The translations under genes and the position numbers were made by a program. Positions 37,470 to 48,900 of a DNA stretch of 64,000 nt are shown here, in pieces. The stretch is from Nemertoderma westbladi (lineage: Eukaryota; Animalia; Xenacoelomorpha), in NCBI GenBank assembly GCA_032718475.1, contig JAUCBJ010008352.1:23670-87669 (forward strand). Reading direction: 5' to 3'. Numbering within the stretch: position 1 is the stretch's first letter; the number at the start of each line of letters is the position of its first letter. A model generated the notes under the pieces. The model was given only the letters and a program-made list of their open reading frames with translations. It had not been told where the DNA came from and ran no database searches.

Positions 37470-38009
37470 TGTGACGGGATCCAGGAGGGATCCCGGTTTA
37501 TCCGGTGTTTAGCTTACGCGTCCCCGGCGTGTGTAAAGAGTAAATGGAAACGGTAAATGAGTTCTGATGTTCGCTGTATATAATTGGTATAAGATATAGA
37601 TATGATCTGATGATAGTATAATATATGGAAGGCGGGATACGGTAACTAAAAGTCCCGTGCTCCCCTATCTAAACTAACTAACCTAAGCTAGCACTACTGC
37701 ACTTGAGATAACTGAATTACTGATTAATAGGTTACTGATTATATTACACGGTTGGCCTAATTACTACCTAATCGATGCCTTGCCCCCCTCTGATTGGTTG
37801 ATACCCTTGTTGGCGCCCCGTGGAGTGTTCCCGTTCACTCCACCTGTTCTCTCTGGGTTAGGGGTTTGGCCCCTGACCCTCTATTGTGTGCTTCCTTCCC
37901 ATTCTTATTGGGATGGCACGAGTTGGTTAATTGCCCAATCTCGTGGCTCCCAATATTGCTTATCGGCTTATAACTTTATGGGGTGTTAGCGGGATTGAAT
38001 AAGCTAACA
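37470..38009 (-). repeat. 3' LTR of element C
   Basis: Plus strand tgtgacggg...gctaaca followed by ctccccccc (reverse-complement PPT). Copy at 49194-49731. Confidence 0.9.
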
Positions 38010-38672
38010 CTCCCCCCCATGCTATCTTCCCGGTAAGAAGATAGCATCAACCAAAAAGTGCGCTACAATCCCGCTGGATCCCGATCTAGTATCGGGTGTG
38101 GGGTGGAATTCTTTTCTCTCGGAGACGGCTTTCCAGGCCGCCCCCTATGGGTATGATAACGCTACCCTGTGTGCCTGGCGTCTCATGTCGGGCTGATCGC
38201 GCTCACCTCACGCAACTTTTGTTTCCCCAACACTTCCGCCCTATCTCCTCTTCACTCTCACCCTAACTCTCTCATATATTCGGACCTCCTCGTCCCTCAC
38301 TCAGCCTCTTATTCTCCCCCCCCCCCACACTCTAGGATTGCATTCACACTCTTACTCCGTTCCTCAACCCCACTTTGACTACCTCATCCCTTCTGATGAA
38401 TCTCACCCCCCTCCCATGCCGTCGCATTCAAGAAGTGTGAAATCGTCTGGTGTCTCGTCCATAGTGCCATAGTCAGTTTACCCCCCAGTCCCAGTAGCTA
38501 GTTGAGAAAGGTTGTATGACTATAGTACTTACTCCGAACGTAAATATTTCTAAATTACTGATTACTACGTACCTACATACAAACTGTACTTATATGATTA
38601 TTTACATTAATTAAATTTGTACATAGTTCTCACGTCTCGCGTGGCGCCTTCCAGGCGCACTGCATCAGAGCC

Positions 38673-39717
38673 TCAGTCCATCCCTCCATGGCGTCCGTGG
38701 TGTCCCCGAAAGTTGCACTTCGGACATCGGTTCTGCAACCGTGGACACGCTCCCATCCTGTGGCTCGTCTCGTGGCAGTAGAGACAGCTGGTCCCTTTCT
38801 GGAACCGGTACAAACAGCTCCTTTCCTGGTGGGTCTGTCTCCCACAGTAGTCGCAACCGAGTACCAATGTCTCCCGCCCCACATCGTTTTTCATCCCAAG
38901 CGATCTCCGCGGTTTGCGGAGTCGCTGATAGGCGAACTTCTGGACGCTAGCGTCCCTGTCTACGTCGATCTCCTCGCCCCTCCCGGGCATCGTCTCTCCG
39001 AATACTACCCGTGGTGTCGTCCCTGGTTGCTTGCCCAACCTGATAGTGCTCCCCGCGAAATCCATCGCCGGCTCCTCGTGCACCCAGGCCCGCTTGCCGG
39101 GTTTGTCCCAGAAGGCTCTCGCCCCACTGGCCGTCACTACCCTCCCGCCAACCCAGTCCGTGTCCGAGTGGCCTATCCTCTCGATGGGCGGCATCTCTCC
39201 GAACTCGTCATCGTCCTCGTCCTCCTCTCGCAGTGGTTCCAACCCCGGTATCCCGGTGGACCCACTATGTCCCTTCCCGCCTTGGCTCTTGCCTATAGCT
39301 CTCCACCCCTCTAGCTCCCTTAACTTCCTTTGCGGTTGTTCGCCCTCGGCGCCCGCTGGTATGGGCATCGTTTGCAATCCCGACGTCGACTGTTTCGGTG
39401 ATCCCACCGTCCACCCCAGTTCTTTCCCTAGAGACTCCCCCGCACTCCCTGACGAAGCCCAACGAAGTCCGTCTAAGGCTGCTTATTCCTCGAAGCCGTA
39501 GCTCTGCGCCCTAGCTTCCTCCTCCCTCTCCTCTGCTTCTCTCCTCTCTCACAAGTTTACCTGCCATCTTGAACTCTGCCCGATCGCTCACCCGTAGGTG
39601 GTGCCTTGCCAAGGCGCAAACGTGATGAGTGATGGGTTTAGATGGTTTAAGTTCTGTTCGATGGCCTATCTCTTTCTGAATTTCTGAGTTATTGCCTATT
39701 CTTACTACTGTTACCAT
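38673..39717 (-). CDS. 3' accessory ORF of element C with triple zinc knuckle (main open part 38673-39407; upstream part interrupted)
   Basis: CDYCGRQTHQERSC...CLYCHETSHRMGACPRLQNRCPKCNFRGHH and an acidic EEDEDDDE stretch. Lies between integrase and PPT. No signal peptide or TM segment. Confidence 0.7.
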
Positions 39718-39959
39718 AATTTGTTCCCCTTCTTAGCCCTATTCTTATTCTAATTTATCTTAATTTCAATCCTACTACCTTACTGTTTCCTATTACTTAT
39801 GGATTATTCTATTCTCTAATCCACATTCTGGCCTACTCTGTGGGCCTATGCAGTACAGCAGTGTGCGTCGTGTGGCCACACGATTTACCCAGCTGTACTC
39901 ATATGCCCCCCTCTCGCTACTAACGCTACTTACTGCTAACTAATATCTATATCTTATAT

Positions 39960-40400
39960 ACCCTTCTACCTCTTACTCTCTCTCTCTCTAACTAATGGTA
40001 CCACGTACCCTCTAACTCTAACTCTTCTCTAACTAACGGTACTACGTACCCTCTAACTCTCCTCTAACTAACGGTACTACGTACCCTCTAACTCTTCTCT
40101 AACTAACGGTACTATGTACCCTAACTCTAACTCTTCTCTAACTAACGGTACTACGTACCCTACTCTCTCTTCTCTAACTAGCGGTACTACGTACCCTCTG
40201 ACTCTTCTCTAACTAACGGTACTACGTACCCTACTCTCTCTTCTCTAACTAACTCTAGGTACTACGTACCTACTAACTGACTAACTAACTCTAGGTACTA
40301 CGTACCTACTAACTCTCTAACTAACTCTAGGTACTACGTACCTTCTAACTCTCTAACTCTAGGTACTACGTACCTACTAACTACTAACTGCGTACCTACT
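39960..40400. repeat. Tandem array (~12 units, 25-38 bp) with palindromic GGTACTACGTACC core between pol and accessory ORF
   Basis: ctaactaacggtactacgtaccctctaactctt and ctctaggtactacgtacctactaact variants. Confidence 0.9.
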
Positions 40401-40516
40401 ATATACTATTATTTTTATTTTATTTTTATTTTATTTGTGTGGGAAGGGCGTCTCGCCCTCAATCCCACCCCCGTCAGTCCAATCTTGGACGACTAAACTC
40501 TAGACTAACTCCACTT

Positions 40517-42922
40517 CTAAGGTGCCCCTTCTAGAAGACAGCATTTCCCTACCGCTCTCCTGTAGGTTTTTCTGTCCTTGGCACCTATCTTGCCACCTAT
40601 CCGCACTTCTACCGATCGGACTCTTCCGTCCTCATCGGAGTAAGTGCCTACAACTCTCGCCAACCGCCACTGGTTGTTGATGATAGTATCATCCGTAACG
40701 ATTACGAGATCTCCTACTCTTAACTCCCTGTTCGGCTTCCTCCATTTGCTTCGCTTATGGAGCGTGGGTAGGTATTCTTCGACCCACCTCCTCCAATACT
40801 CTGCGCTTATTGCTTTAGCGACTTTCCAACTTTGGCGGGAGTGTATGTCATCTGGGTCTACACCCCGCATATCGATGGTCGCTGGCCTTTCCATTAGGAA
40901 ATGGCTAGGCGTTAGCACGTCTAGTGACTCAGGGTCATCATTCTCCGGATATAGCGGTCTGCTATTAATGATCCCCTCGCACTTCGCAAGTACTGTCCGT
41001 AAGACATCCTCAGTGACCATGTGGGTGTTCATTAGCTTCGTCATTAGACGCTTTGAACTGCCCACCAGTCTCTCGACGCATCCTAGTGTATGTGGTGCAT
41101 ACGGCGTCCTTCTCTCCCACTTTACTTGTCGTCGTCTCATGGCTGCCCTGACTTCTTCTCCCTCCAAGATGTCCAAGGCCTCTGCCATCTCACTCTCTGC
41201 GCCCACAAAGTTGGTGCCGTTGTCGCTGTATATCACTGCGATCGTCCCACCTTTGCGGTCCCTAAACCTTTCTAAGGCGTTAATGAACGCTGATGCGGTT
41301 GCATCTTGGGCGAGTTCTATCCCTACCGCCCGCGTATTGTTGCATACGAAGATAATGCCGTAGCGTTTCTCCGTGTGTCGCATCACTTTGATCTTGATCG
41401 GCCCGAACATGTCCACACCGCAATGCGTAAATGGCGGGTCGTGCTGTCTTACCCTACTCGCCGGTAGTGGCGCCATCTCCTGTACGGCTCGCTCCTTCTT
41501 CGCTCGTCGGCAGGTCTGGCACTGCCCCACTACCGCTTTAACCTTCTTCCTTAATTGTTTGACCCAATAGGTCCTCCTTATCTCTGTGAGGGTTCGGTTG
41601 GTGCCCCCGTGCAATATCGATTTGTGGGAGTCCCATATGATCTGGTGGACTATTGGCGATCCTGTAGGAATGATGATGGGTTTCGGTGGTACGACTATGC
41701 TGTTGTTGTATCCCACCCTAGAATTCATTACTAGAATCCCGTCGTCATTGAGTTGTGGCGACAGCGTAATCAGCTCGCTGTCCCGTCGGAGGTGCTGTTG
41801 GTTACCGACGCGTTCCACCTCGTCGCCGTAGTTCTTCCGTTGTTCATAGCGGATCACTGCCTTGGCCGCTCCTTCCAGATCTATGGTCGTCCTGATCTTC
41901 TTGCCCTTGCCAACTCCCGCAAGGAAATTCCCGAAGGCTCTCCAGTACGCCACTAGTTTCCTGGTCTTATACCAACTAGAACTGTAGCTGAGGAGTTTAT
42001 CCGTCGGGTTATCGCACAGTTCCCGTCCTGGTTGCACGTCCCTAATCTCCCTCACCATCTGGGAGTATATCTCTTCTCCCTCTGAATCTCCCTCTTCTCC
42101 TTCTGATACTACTTCCGAGCCCGGGTCCACCTTCCTCATCGGCGGCCAGGCCTCCCTATCGCTCAGAAATTGTGGCCCATGTTGCCACAATACTTCCTTC
42201 TTCAGGAAAGTGTGGCGTTCCACGCCCCTCGACAGCAAGTCCGCTGGGTTCTCGTCTGTTGGGCAGTAGTGCCACCTTTCCAGTTCTGTACTCGCCCTTA
42301 TTTCGTCCACTCTATTCGCGACGAATATCGGGTATCTCGTCCTTTCGTTGTGTAGCCAACCAAGCACTACCATGGAGTCCGTCCAGTAGTGTGTCTCCAC
42401 TATGTTGGGAATAGTATCCACTAGGTAGGCTGTGGCTCTTACTCCTAGTCTCGCAGCTGTCAATTCTAACTTGGGAACTGATGCTGAATCTGGTGGCGTT
42501 GACTTTGCTTTACTAAAGGCTAGTCTTGGCATATGAGCCCCCTCTCGTTGTACTAAGTAGAGTGCCGCTCCGTACGCTTCCAACGACGCGTCGGAGAACA
42601 TGTGTAGGTCCAGATTCGTCATGTTCCCATCCGGGAAATATGCCCTTGGCATGTTGTATGTTCCCATCTTCTCCAAGTTTCCTGTCCACTTGCTCCACTG
42701 TTTCTTGATTTCCTCTGGTACCTCTACGTCCCACTCATCTTTCAATTTGTATACTCTCTTGAGTATCTGTTTCCCCGTGACTAATAATGGGGATGCTAGG
42801 CCTAGGGGATCGTATATCCTTGCTATATACGATACATAGCCCCTCTTCGTGTGGATGTCTGCGCCCTCCTGGCTCAGCTGATACTTCAGTTCGTCTGTCT
42901 TTCTATCCCACACGATTCCCAA
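40517..42922 (-). CDS. pol: BEL/Pao pol C-terminal half: RT thumb, RNase H, integrase, DUF5641-like
   Basis: IYDPLGLASP, LHMFSDAS, PKLELTAA, WTDSMVV, NPADLLSRG, H..H...CQTC, GVDMFGP, SDNGTNF, GCVERL, WRRWVEEYL. Confidence 0.95.
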   Translation of the reverse strand: MGIVWDRKTDELKYQLSQEGADIHTKRGYVSYIARIYDPLGLASPLLVTGKQILKRVYKLKDEWDVEVPEEIKKQWSKWTGNLEKMGTYNMPRAYFPDGNMTNLDLHMFSDASLEAYGAALYLVQREGAHMPRLAFSKAKSTPPDSASVPKLELTAARLGVRATAYLVDTIPNIVETHYWTDSMVVLGWLHNERTRYPIFVANRVDEIRASTELERWHYCPTDENPADLLSRGVERHTFLKKEVLWQHGPQFLSDREAWPPMRKVDPGSEVVSEGEEGDSEGEEIYSQMVREIRDVQPGRELCDNPTDKLLSYSSSWYKTRKLVAYWRAFGNFLAGVGKGKKIRTTIDLEGAAKAVIRYEQRKNYGDEVERVGNQQHLRRDSELITLSPQLNDDGILVMNSRVGYNNSIVVPPKPIIIPTGSPIVHQIIWDSHKSILHGGTNRTLTEIRRTYWVKQLRKKVKAVVGQCQTCRRAKKERAVQEMAPLPASRVRQHDPPFTHCGVDMFGPIKIKVMRHTEKRYGIIFVCNNTRAVGIELAQDATASAFINALERFRDRKGGTIAVIYSDNGTNFVGAESEMAEALDILEGEEVRAAMRRRQVKWERRTPYAPHTLGCVERLVGSSKRLMTKLMNTHMVTEDVLRTVLAKCEGIINSRPLYPENDDPESLDVLTPSHFLMERPATIDMRGVDPDDIHSRQSWKVAKAISAEYWRRWVEEYLPTLHKRSKWRKPNRELRVGDLVIVTDDTIINNQWRLARVVGTYSDEDGRVRSVEVRIGGKIGAKDRKTYRRAVGKCCLLEGAP

Positions 42923-45914
42923 TGCCTTCTGCTGGGATTCTCGTTCTCTTAATCGCCATGTCCTGCCCTTTGGCTGTTGTGGGATTATCCATGGTCGATT
43001 CTGGTTTCCTGTCCTCTATCGCCTTGATAAATTCTTCCGAACTGGATTGGAATTTGGTCAGGTTAAAGCCGGATCCCTTTAGGATGTCGCGAACCTCGCG
43101 CCCTGTATCCAGTATCTCCTTAACCGTATTTCCAGACTCCATTCCGTCGTCTACGTAGAAGCCGCGTCGAATCATATCGACGGCCCTACTGCTGTATCTA
43201 TCTTCCTTCCCCTTTACTGTGTCTCTCACTGCCATAGTCGTCGTAAATGAAGACGACTTGGCCCCCATGTTCTGTACAACCATCTTATATGCCGGTATTA
43301 TCGACGGTTCTTCCTCGCCGTTATACCATAAGAAGCGTTGACTGTCGCTATCTTCTTCCGTTACACGGACTTGGTTGAACATGCCTTCTATGTCACACGT
43401 GAAGGCGTGTTTCCCATTTCGAAATCTAAGTAACACCTCTATGCCCGAATTGTAAATGTTTGGGCCTTCTAACAGGTAATCGTTTAAGCATTTTCCGTCG
43501 GTCTTTGCCGATGCGTCGACTACCATCCGTAGTTTACCTTTCTTTGGGTCTATGGCCACGTGTAGTGGCAGGTAATATGTTCTATCCGTGTTCGGCTCGT
43601 CGACCGGTAACTCCACGGCCCATCCTTTCTCGACGTACTTCTTAATTGTTCTGTGGATGTACTCATTCTTCTCGGGGCTCCGTTTTAGTGTTTGTTTCAG
43701 CTTGCGGAGTCTCGTGAGTACCATCCCCCTATTGTCGGGCAACGGTATCTTCGGTAGTTTCCATACCATTCCTATAGTATACCGCCCCTCATTGCATGTC
43801 ATCGATTCCTCCACGCTTTGTAAAGCCTGCTTGTCTTCTACTGAGGTCCCGACTCCGGTTTCTTTCAGTCCCTCGAAATCCTGTCTGAGCAGTCTTTTAA
43901 GCTGCTCCTCTGCTCCCTCATCACCCATTTCCTGCATTGTTCCCGCGAACATGCATCCTGATGTCTCCGACATCCTAAATGGTATCTTACTCTTGATTGG
44001 ACCACTCAGCGTCCACCCGAATGGTGTTAATATAGCCACCGGGTCACTCTGCTTGTCTTCGCCGAAGACCGTTTGCATTCTTTCGTGGGCCGTTGGGCAG
44101 TCCATACCTACTATGATGGATACCTTCCTAACGTCCACGTCTGGGATTGAGAAGTCAATGTCGTCCAGGAATTTATATTGCTCGACCTCGATGTTGGTTG
44201 GTCGCCTGGCATTGATGTTAATTGACTCTATCACTTGGATGGGGTCGATGGTTGCCCCATAGTCGCATCCTGGTGCCACTGCTGCAATTGCGCACCGTCC
44301 TGTCCTCATTTCCAGGATCTCATCTTTGCTAGAGATGGTTGTTACCGCCATTCTGCTTGGCCTCGTTCTCAATCCTATCTCTTCGGCCACCCATTCCTCA
44401 ACTAGTGTGAAGGCAGCTCCACTATCAACCAGCATTAGTGTTGTTACTGATCGATTGCCTTCCCCAATCACTCGCACGGGTACTACACCAAGTAACACCG
44501 TTCCTCTCTTCTTCGCCCCTACTGTGCTCGTCGCCATCGTTTGGCCTCTCCTCTGACCAAATTTTATCGGCTTCTCCTTGCACTCCCTTGCTTTATGTCC
44601 ACTCATTACACATCGCGAGCAGATTTTATTACTCGACGCATAATCTATCTGATCTTGCCTAGGTAGCGCCTGCCAGTACCTGCAGTTCATGGTTTGATGA
44701 AGCGCATTTGCGTGTAGCTGGCATTTGCTCTTTGGGTCGTAGCCCTCTTTATACAGCGCATTGCGTATCGCAGTTGCGTTCGTACCAAAGTCCCTACTAT
44801 TCTTATTGTTTGGATTCAGCCTACTGGACGTACTGGGGTTATGTTTATTCGTGCTGTCATTGTTCCCCTGCCCGTTCCATGGTGTTGTCTCATCTTCGGC
44901 TAGCTGTGGACTTGCAGTCCCCTGCGTCGCTGCATATGGCAATGATTGCCTGAGTCTCGGTAATGCGTTTGATGTGTTGTGCTCTGGTTTCGGTCTATGG
45001 TAGTCTGTCTTCGGTCCCTTTCCCAGGCTATCTTCGCTGTAGACTGGGTCAGTTATTAGCTCAGCCTCGTAGTTTAAGAAGTTTGACATTTCTTCTAAAC
45101 CCGGTTCCGCACCCTTCTTGTCTCGAGTGGAGAAAGCAATTTTCCTCCACTTGTTGCGCATCCAACTCGGTAGTGCCTGCGCTATCGTGGTGATGTTATT
45201 GGACGCATTGAGCTCGTATGGCGCGTCTAGCGTCTTCAGCACGATCAGCGCCTTTTCGACTTTGTTAGCGAACGTCTTAATGCTAACGGGATTATCCTGT
45301 AGGCCACCCGATGTTATGCCCCTCAGCGTCTGTCTGATGATCTTGGCCGGGTGCCCGTATTCCCTATCCAGTGCCCGCCATGCTGTCGTGAAGCCGCCCT
45401 CTATTCCTTGATATTGCCTCACGATATCGTATGCTGGGCCTCCCGTATATACTTGTAGATACTTTAGGCACTCCGCCTGCGTCAAGTTTTTTGTTAGTAT
45501 TTCGTTACTATACATGCGCCGAAACTGTAGATATTCTTCCGGCCTACTCCCATCGAATTTGAATGGTTCCACGGGTGGTAGCTCGATCCTCGTTTTCAAC
45601 GCATCGATCAATGTGGCCATCCCCATCGCCTGCGCTTCCAATGGATTCGACGGGTGCTGTATAGTTTCTCCTGTCTGGTGCGGTTCGTCCGTCCTATTTC
45701 TTGATCTTCTCTGACTTGGGTATGTCATCGGGGGTAGCGGCCCCCTCCATATTTCTGTGTCACACGACCTGTTTTCATCTAAGGGTCTCGTTGTTCTTGC
45801 TCCTATCGGGGTATATTGTTGATATTGTGATGGGGGAATGTCACCCTGTCCCCCCCCCCCCCCGCCGGTATGTTTGGTAATGGGGTTGATGTTAATATGT
45901 TGGGGCCCATACAC
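42903..45914 (-). CDS. BEL/Pao gag (DUF1759-like, knuckles) - protease - reverse transcriptase
   Basis: PFKFDGS, CSRCVMSGHKAREC, LVDSGA, TPFGWTLSGP, KLRMVVDAS, DIEGMFNQV, FYVDD. One frameshift near 42950 relative to the downstream pol frame. Confidence 0.95.
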   Translation of the reverse strand: MYGPQHININPITKHTGGGGGGQGDIPPSQYQQYTPIGARTTRPLDENRSCDTEIWRGPLPPMTYPSQRRSRNRTDEPHQTGETIQHPSNPLEAQAMGMATLIDALKTRIELPPVEPFKFDGSRPEEYLQFRRMYSNEILTKNLTQAECLKYLQVYTGGPAYDIVRQYQGIEGGFTTAWRALDREYGHPAKIIRQTLRGITSGGLQDNPVSIKTFANKVEKALIVLKTLDAPYELNASNNITTIAQALPSWMRNKWRKIAFSTRDKKGAEPGLEEMSNFLNYEAELITDPVYSEDSLGKGPKTDYHRPKPEHNTSNALPRLRQSLPYAATQGTASPQLAEDETTPWNGQGNNDSTNKHNPSTSSRLNPNNKNSRDFGTNATAIRNALYKEGYDPKSKCQLHANALHQTMNCRYWQALPRQDQIDYASSNKICSRCVMSGHKARECKEKPIKFGQRRGQTMATSTVGAKKRGTVLLGVVPVRVIGEGNRSVTTLMLVDSGAAFTLVEEWVAEEIGLRTRPSRMAVTTISSKDEILEMRTGRCAIAAVAPGCDYGATIDPIQVIESININARRPTNIEVEQYKFLDDIDFSIPDVDVRKVSIIVGMDCPTAHERMQTVFGEDKQSDPVAILTPFGWTLSGPIKSKIPFRMSETSGCMFAGTMQEMGDEGAEEQLKRLLRQDFEGLKETGVGTSVEDKQALQSVEESMTCNEGRYTIGMVWKLPKIPLPDNRGMVLTRLRKLKQTLKRSPEKNEYIHRTIKKYVEKGWAVELPVDEPNTDRTYYLPLHVAIDPKKGKLRMVVDASAKTDGKCLNDYLLEGPNIYNSGIEVLLRFRNGKHAFTCDIEGMFNQVRVTEEDSDSQRFLWYNGEEEPSIIPAYKMVVQNMGAKSSSFTTTMAVRDTVKGKEDRYSSRAVDMIRRGFYVDDGMESGNTVKEILDTGREVRDILKGSGFNLTKFQSSSEEFIKAIEDRKPESTMDNPTTAKGQDMAIKRTRIPAEGIGNRVG

Positions 45915-48900
45915 CTATCCGCAATAATTCCCCCCTCCCCTGGGTATATGTTATGTCCCTGCATGCTGTAGTCATACTGCTGTACTGGTACCGGTATAGG
46001 CCTATCAGCTTCTGGCCTACTCGCCGGTATGTATTCCGCGACTTCCGGGTTTAATCCCGTTGTCCGCGCCATCCTATCCCCTACATTGCCTCTCTCAGTA
46101 TGGCCTATGGTATGTGCAGTAAGGCCTACAGTATGTCCTACAGTCTGCATGTGTTGTTCGGGATCGAAGTTTATTCTTCTCGAATAATCCTCCCCGCGGC
46201 TACCGTATTCTCGATCGGTAGGTATATTCCGTCGGAAAGTTTCTCTTCGACCCCCCTCTCTACTGTTCTCATCTTCGTACCGGTACATCGCGTACCCCTC
46301 TCTCGGCGCGTAGTGCGCCTCGCCGGGTCGCATCTCTCCGGGGCGACGGCAATCTCCCGGAGTCCGACCCCACTGACTCTCCGTTCTCATCTCGACCACC
46401 GACGGCTCGCTATCCGTCCTCGCTCTTCTGTCGTTCGCGGCGATACCTCTACCACTATCTTCTCTTCTTCTCCTTTCAGTGGAGTATTCCCGCTCGTGAG
46501 ACCTCTCGTCGACCTCCCGGTTAAACCCCACTGTTCTTCTTCCCTCTTCTGATCGGGCTCGACGCTTCGTCCGCCCTCTCACGACGTCAACCTGTCTCTC
46601 TCTGCTCGGTCGCACGCCGCTGGGGATACTCGCAATCCCCCTATTACTTTCCGTCGCCGGTTGTTGCGGTTTACCTATTTTGGCCCTCGCATTATCCGCT
46701 GACGGCTGTGGGGCACTTTCTGCCCCCCCTTTTTCGCCGCTAACTCGCTGTTGTGGGGCTCTCGTAGCCCCCCCCCCCCCACTCGCCACATCTAACTTCG
46801 CTATCTCTCATCCCGCTACTATATCCCTCTCTAGTCGACACATCAACCCTACCGCGGTCGGGTCTATTCACCCCCGCCTCTCTCTCTGCTATTGCGTGGC
46901 CTACCAGGCCCTCTGCTCCCTGCCTACCGACTATGCGGCCTACCAGGCCCTCGCTGGGTCCATCCAACCCAGCCACTCCCTGCCTAACAACTACGTGGCC
47001 TACCAGGCCCTCGCCGGGTCCACCTAACCCAGCCACTCCCTGCCTACCAACTACGTGGCCTACCAGGCCCTCGCTGGGTCCATCCAACCCAGCCACTCCC
47101 TGCCTACCAACTACGTGGCCTACCAGGCCCTCGCCGGGTCTACCTAACCCAGCCACTCCCTGCCTACCAACTACGTGGCCTACCTGGGCCCCATCTGTCT
47201 GGCCATACACGCCCGACGTGTTTACATTAATAGCACCCGTATTGGGAACGGAATTAACTTGTCCGTTCGAAATAAAATCATTTGAATTATCTTGTAAATT
47301 CGGGCTTGGCTCATTAATTAAATTATTTGAATTATTATTGTTTTGATTATTTGGATTATTTTGCGTAGCTACATTAATATTAGGATTATTTTCTACATTA
47401 ATATTAAGATTGTTCTGATTTAAATTTAAATTACTACCACTAGGCAAAGTATTTCCTGCAATAAAAGTTTGATTAGAATTATCCCATACGGTACTATTAA
47501 TATTAACCACGTCTACTGTACCATTATCATTATTACCCCCCCCCCCCCCCCCCCGCCCGTACGGTCACACCAGTTTTGGGTCTGTCGTGCGGTCCCTGTA
47601 AGTGGGGTATTAATAAATGTATCCACGGCCCCTGGCTCCTCTAAAATACTCGAGCCTGTCTCGCTCTCAGACGCCCCCGCCCGCACCAGTCGCAGCTCGT
47701 GCGCGCGTCTAACCCTATGTTCCCCAAGCTCACTTTGGCGTCTCTTTAATTCCTCCTGGTCTCGCTCGGCTTCTGTCCTTCTCCTCTCACACTCCCGCGT
47801 GTCCCGCTCAGCCAACTCTACTACTTTCCTAGCACTCTCCCTTCGCCTCGCTTCACGCTCCTTACGTTCTGCCTCACGCTCTTTGCGTGCCCTTTCTTCT
47901 CTCGCCTCATGTTCCTTGCGTTCCGCCTCGCGCTCTTTGCGTTCCCTTTCCTCTCTCGCCTCACGTTCCTTGCGTTCCGCCTCGCGCTCTTTACGCTCCC
48001 TTTCCTCTCTCGCCTCACGTTCCCTACACTCCTTTTCCTCTGTTTCCTCACACTCCCTAAGGCCTCTCAAAGCCCTTTCGGCCCTCTCTCCGGTTTCTCT
48101 AATCAATGCCGCTTCCCTCTCTAGTCGGATTCTCCCCTCCTCTAGCCGTTTATTCATTTCCCTCTGACCTTGCTCTATCAGCTCGAGACGGTACGCGGCA
48201 CCTGCCTCTCTCACCACTCTTTCTTTCGCGGAGGATGTAGCAGACTTATCGGTTACGACGGACCCCCTCCGCCTTCCCGACCTACTAACTTTCCCCCGCT
48301 TCCCGGAACTTTCTCCGACCGACGAGGCCGAATCCTCGGGGTTAACCTCGGATTCGCCCCCCTCGGTTCCCCTCCAACCCACTAATTTTACTCCCCGGGC
48401 ATCGACCAAGTATGGCCCTATGTACACTGGCGCTACGCTAGGTTCCATACTCCCACACTCCCATAGTTCAAACAGTTCGCCGGCAACCCCTTTTGCTCTC
48501 CCCTCGGCTAGTTCTCTCTGCCCAAAACGTATTAGGTAATTAAAGTGTCTATCCGACTCACCTAGTCGCTTTCTCAGTCTCACCTCGTCTACCTTCGCCC
48601 CTTCCTTCTTGGTGTCCTTTATCAGCTTCCGGGTCGCGTTGTAGGCCCGTCGAAGTCGCTCTGAAACCCCGACGTCCTCGTCGCCGACCTCTCCTCCGTC
48701 CCTCCGGGTTCGACGTCGTACCGGCGGCTCCACCGTCGCCGTTCCGGTGGGCCGTCGTCGCCCTCGGCCTGTAGCTGGCCGGCGACATCGGTACCGATGT
48801 CTCCTCCGTCTCTTCGCGTCCGGCGTCGCACCGTCGGCCCCACCGTCGCCGTTTCGGTGGGCCGCTCGTCGCCCTCGGCCGTAGCTGGCCGGCGACATCG

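Noticed and set aside
37470-39113. Single 1.6-kb LTR containing an ORF
   Set aside because: TG..CA ends and an abutting PPT define a 540-bp LTR. The extra homology is a tandem copy of the internal region.
39960-40400. CRISPR-like array of palindromic repeats
   Set aside because: Spacers are low-complexity variants of each other rather than unique, there are no cas genes, and the context is a eukaryotic retrotransposon.
45840-47560. Programmed frameshifting at poly-G tracts
   Set aside because: Breaks fall in 12-19-nt homopolymers, the typical sites of sequencing or slippage errors. They cannot be distinguished without reads.
40644-48385. Plus-strand ORFs antisense to gag-pol of element C
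   Set aside because: Shadow frames of GC-rich coding sequence with no recognisable motifs.
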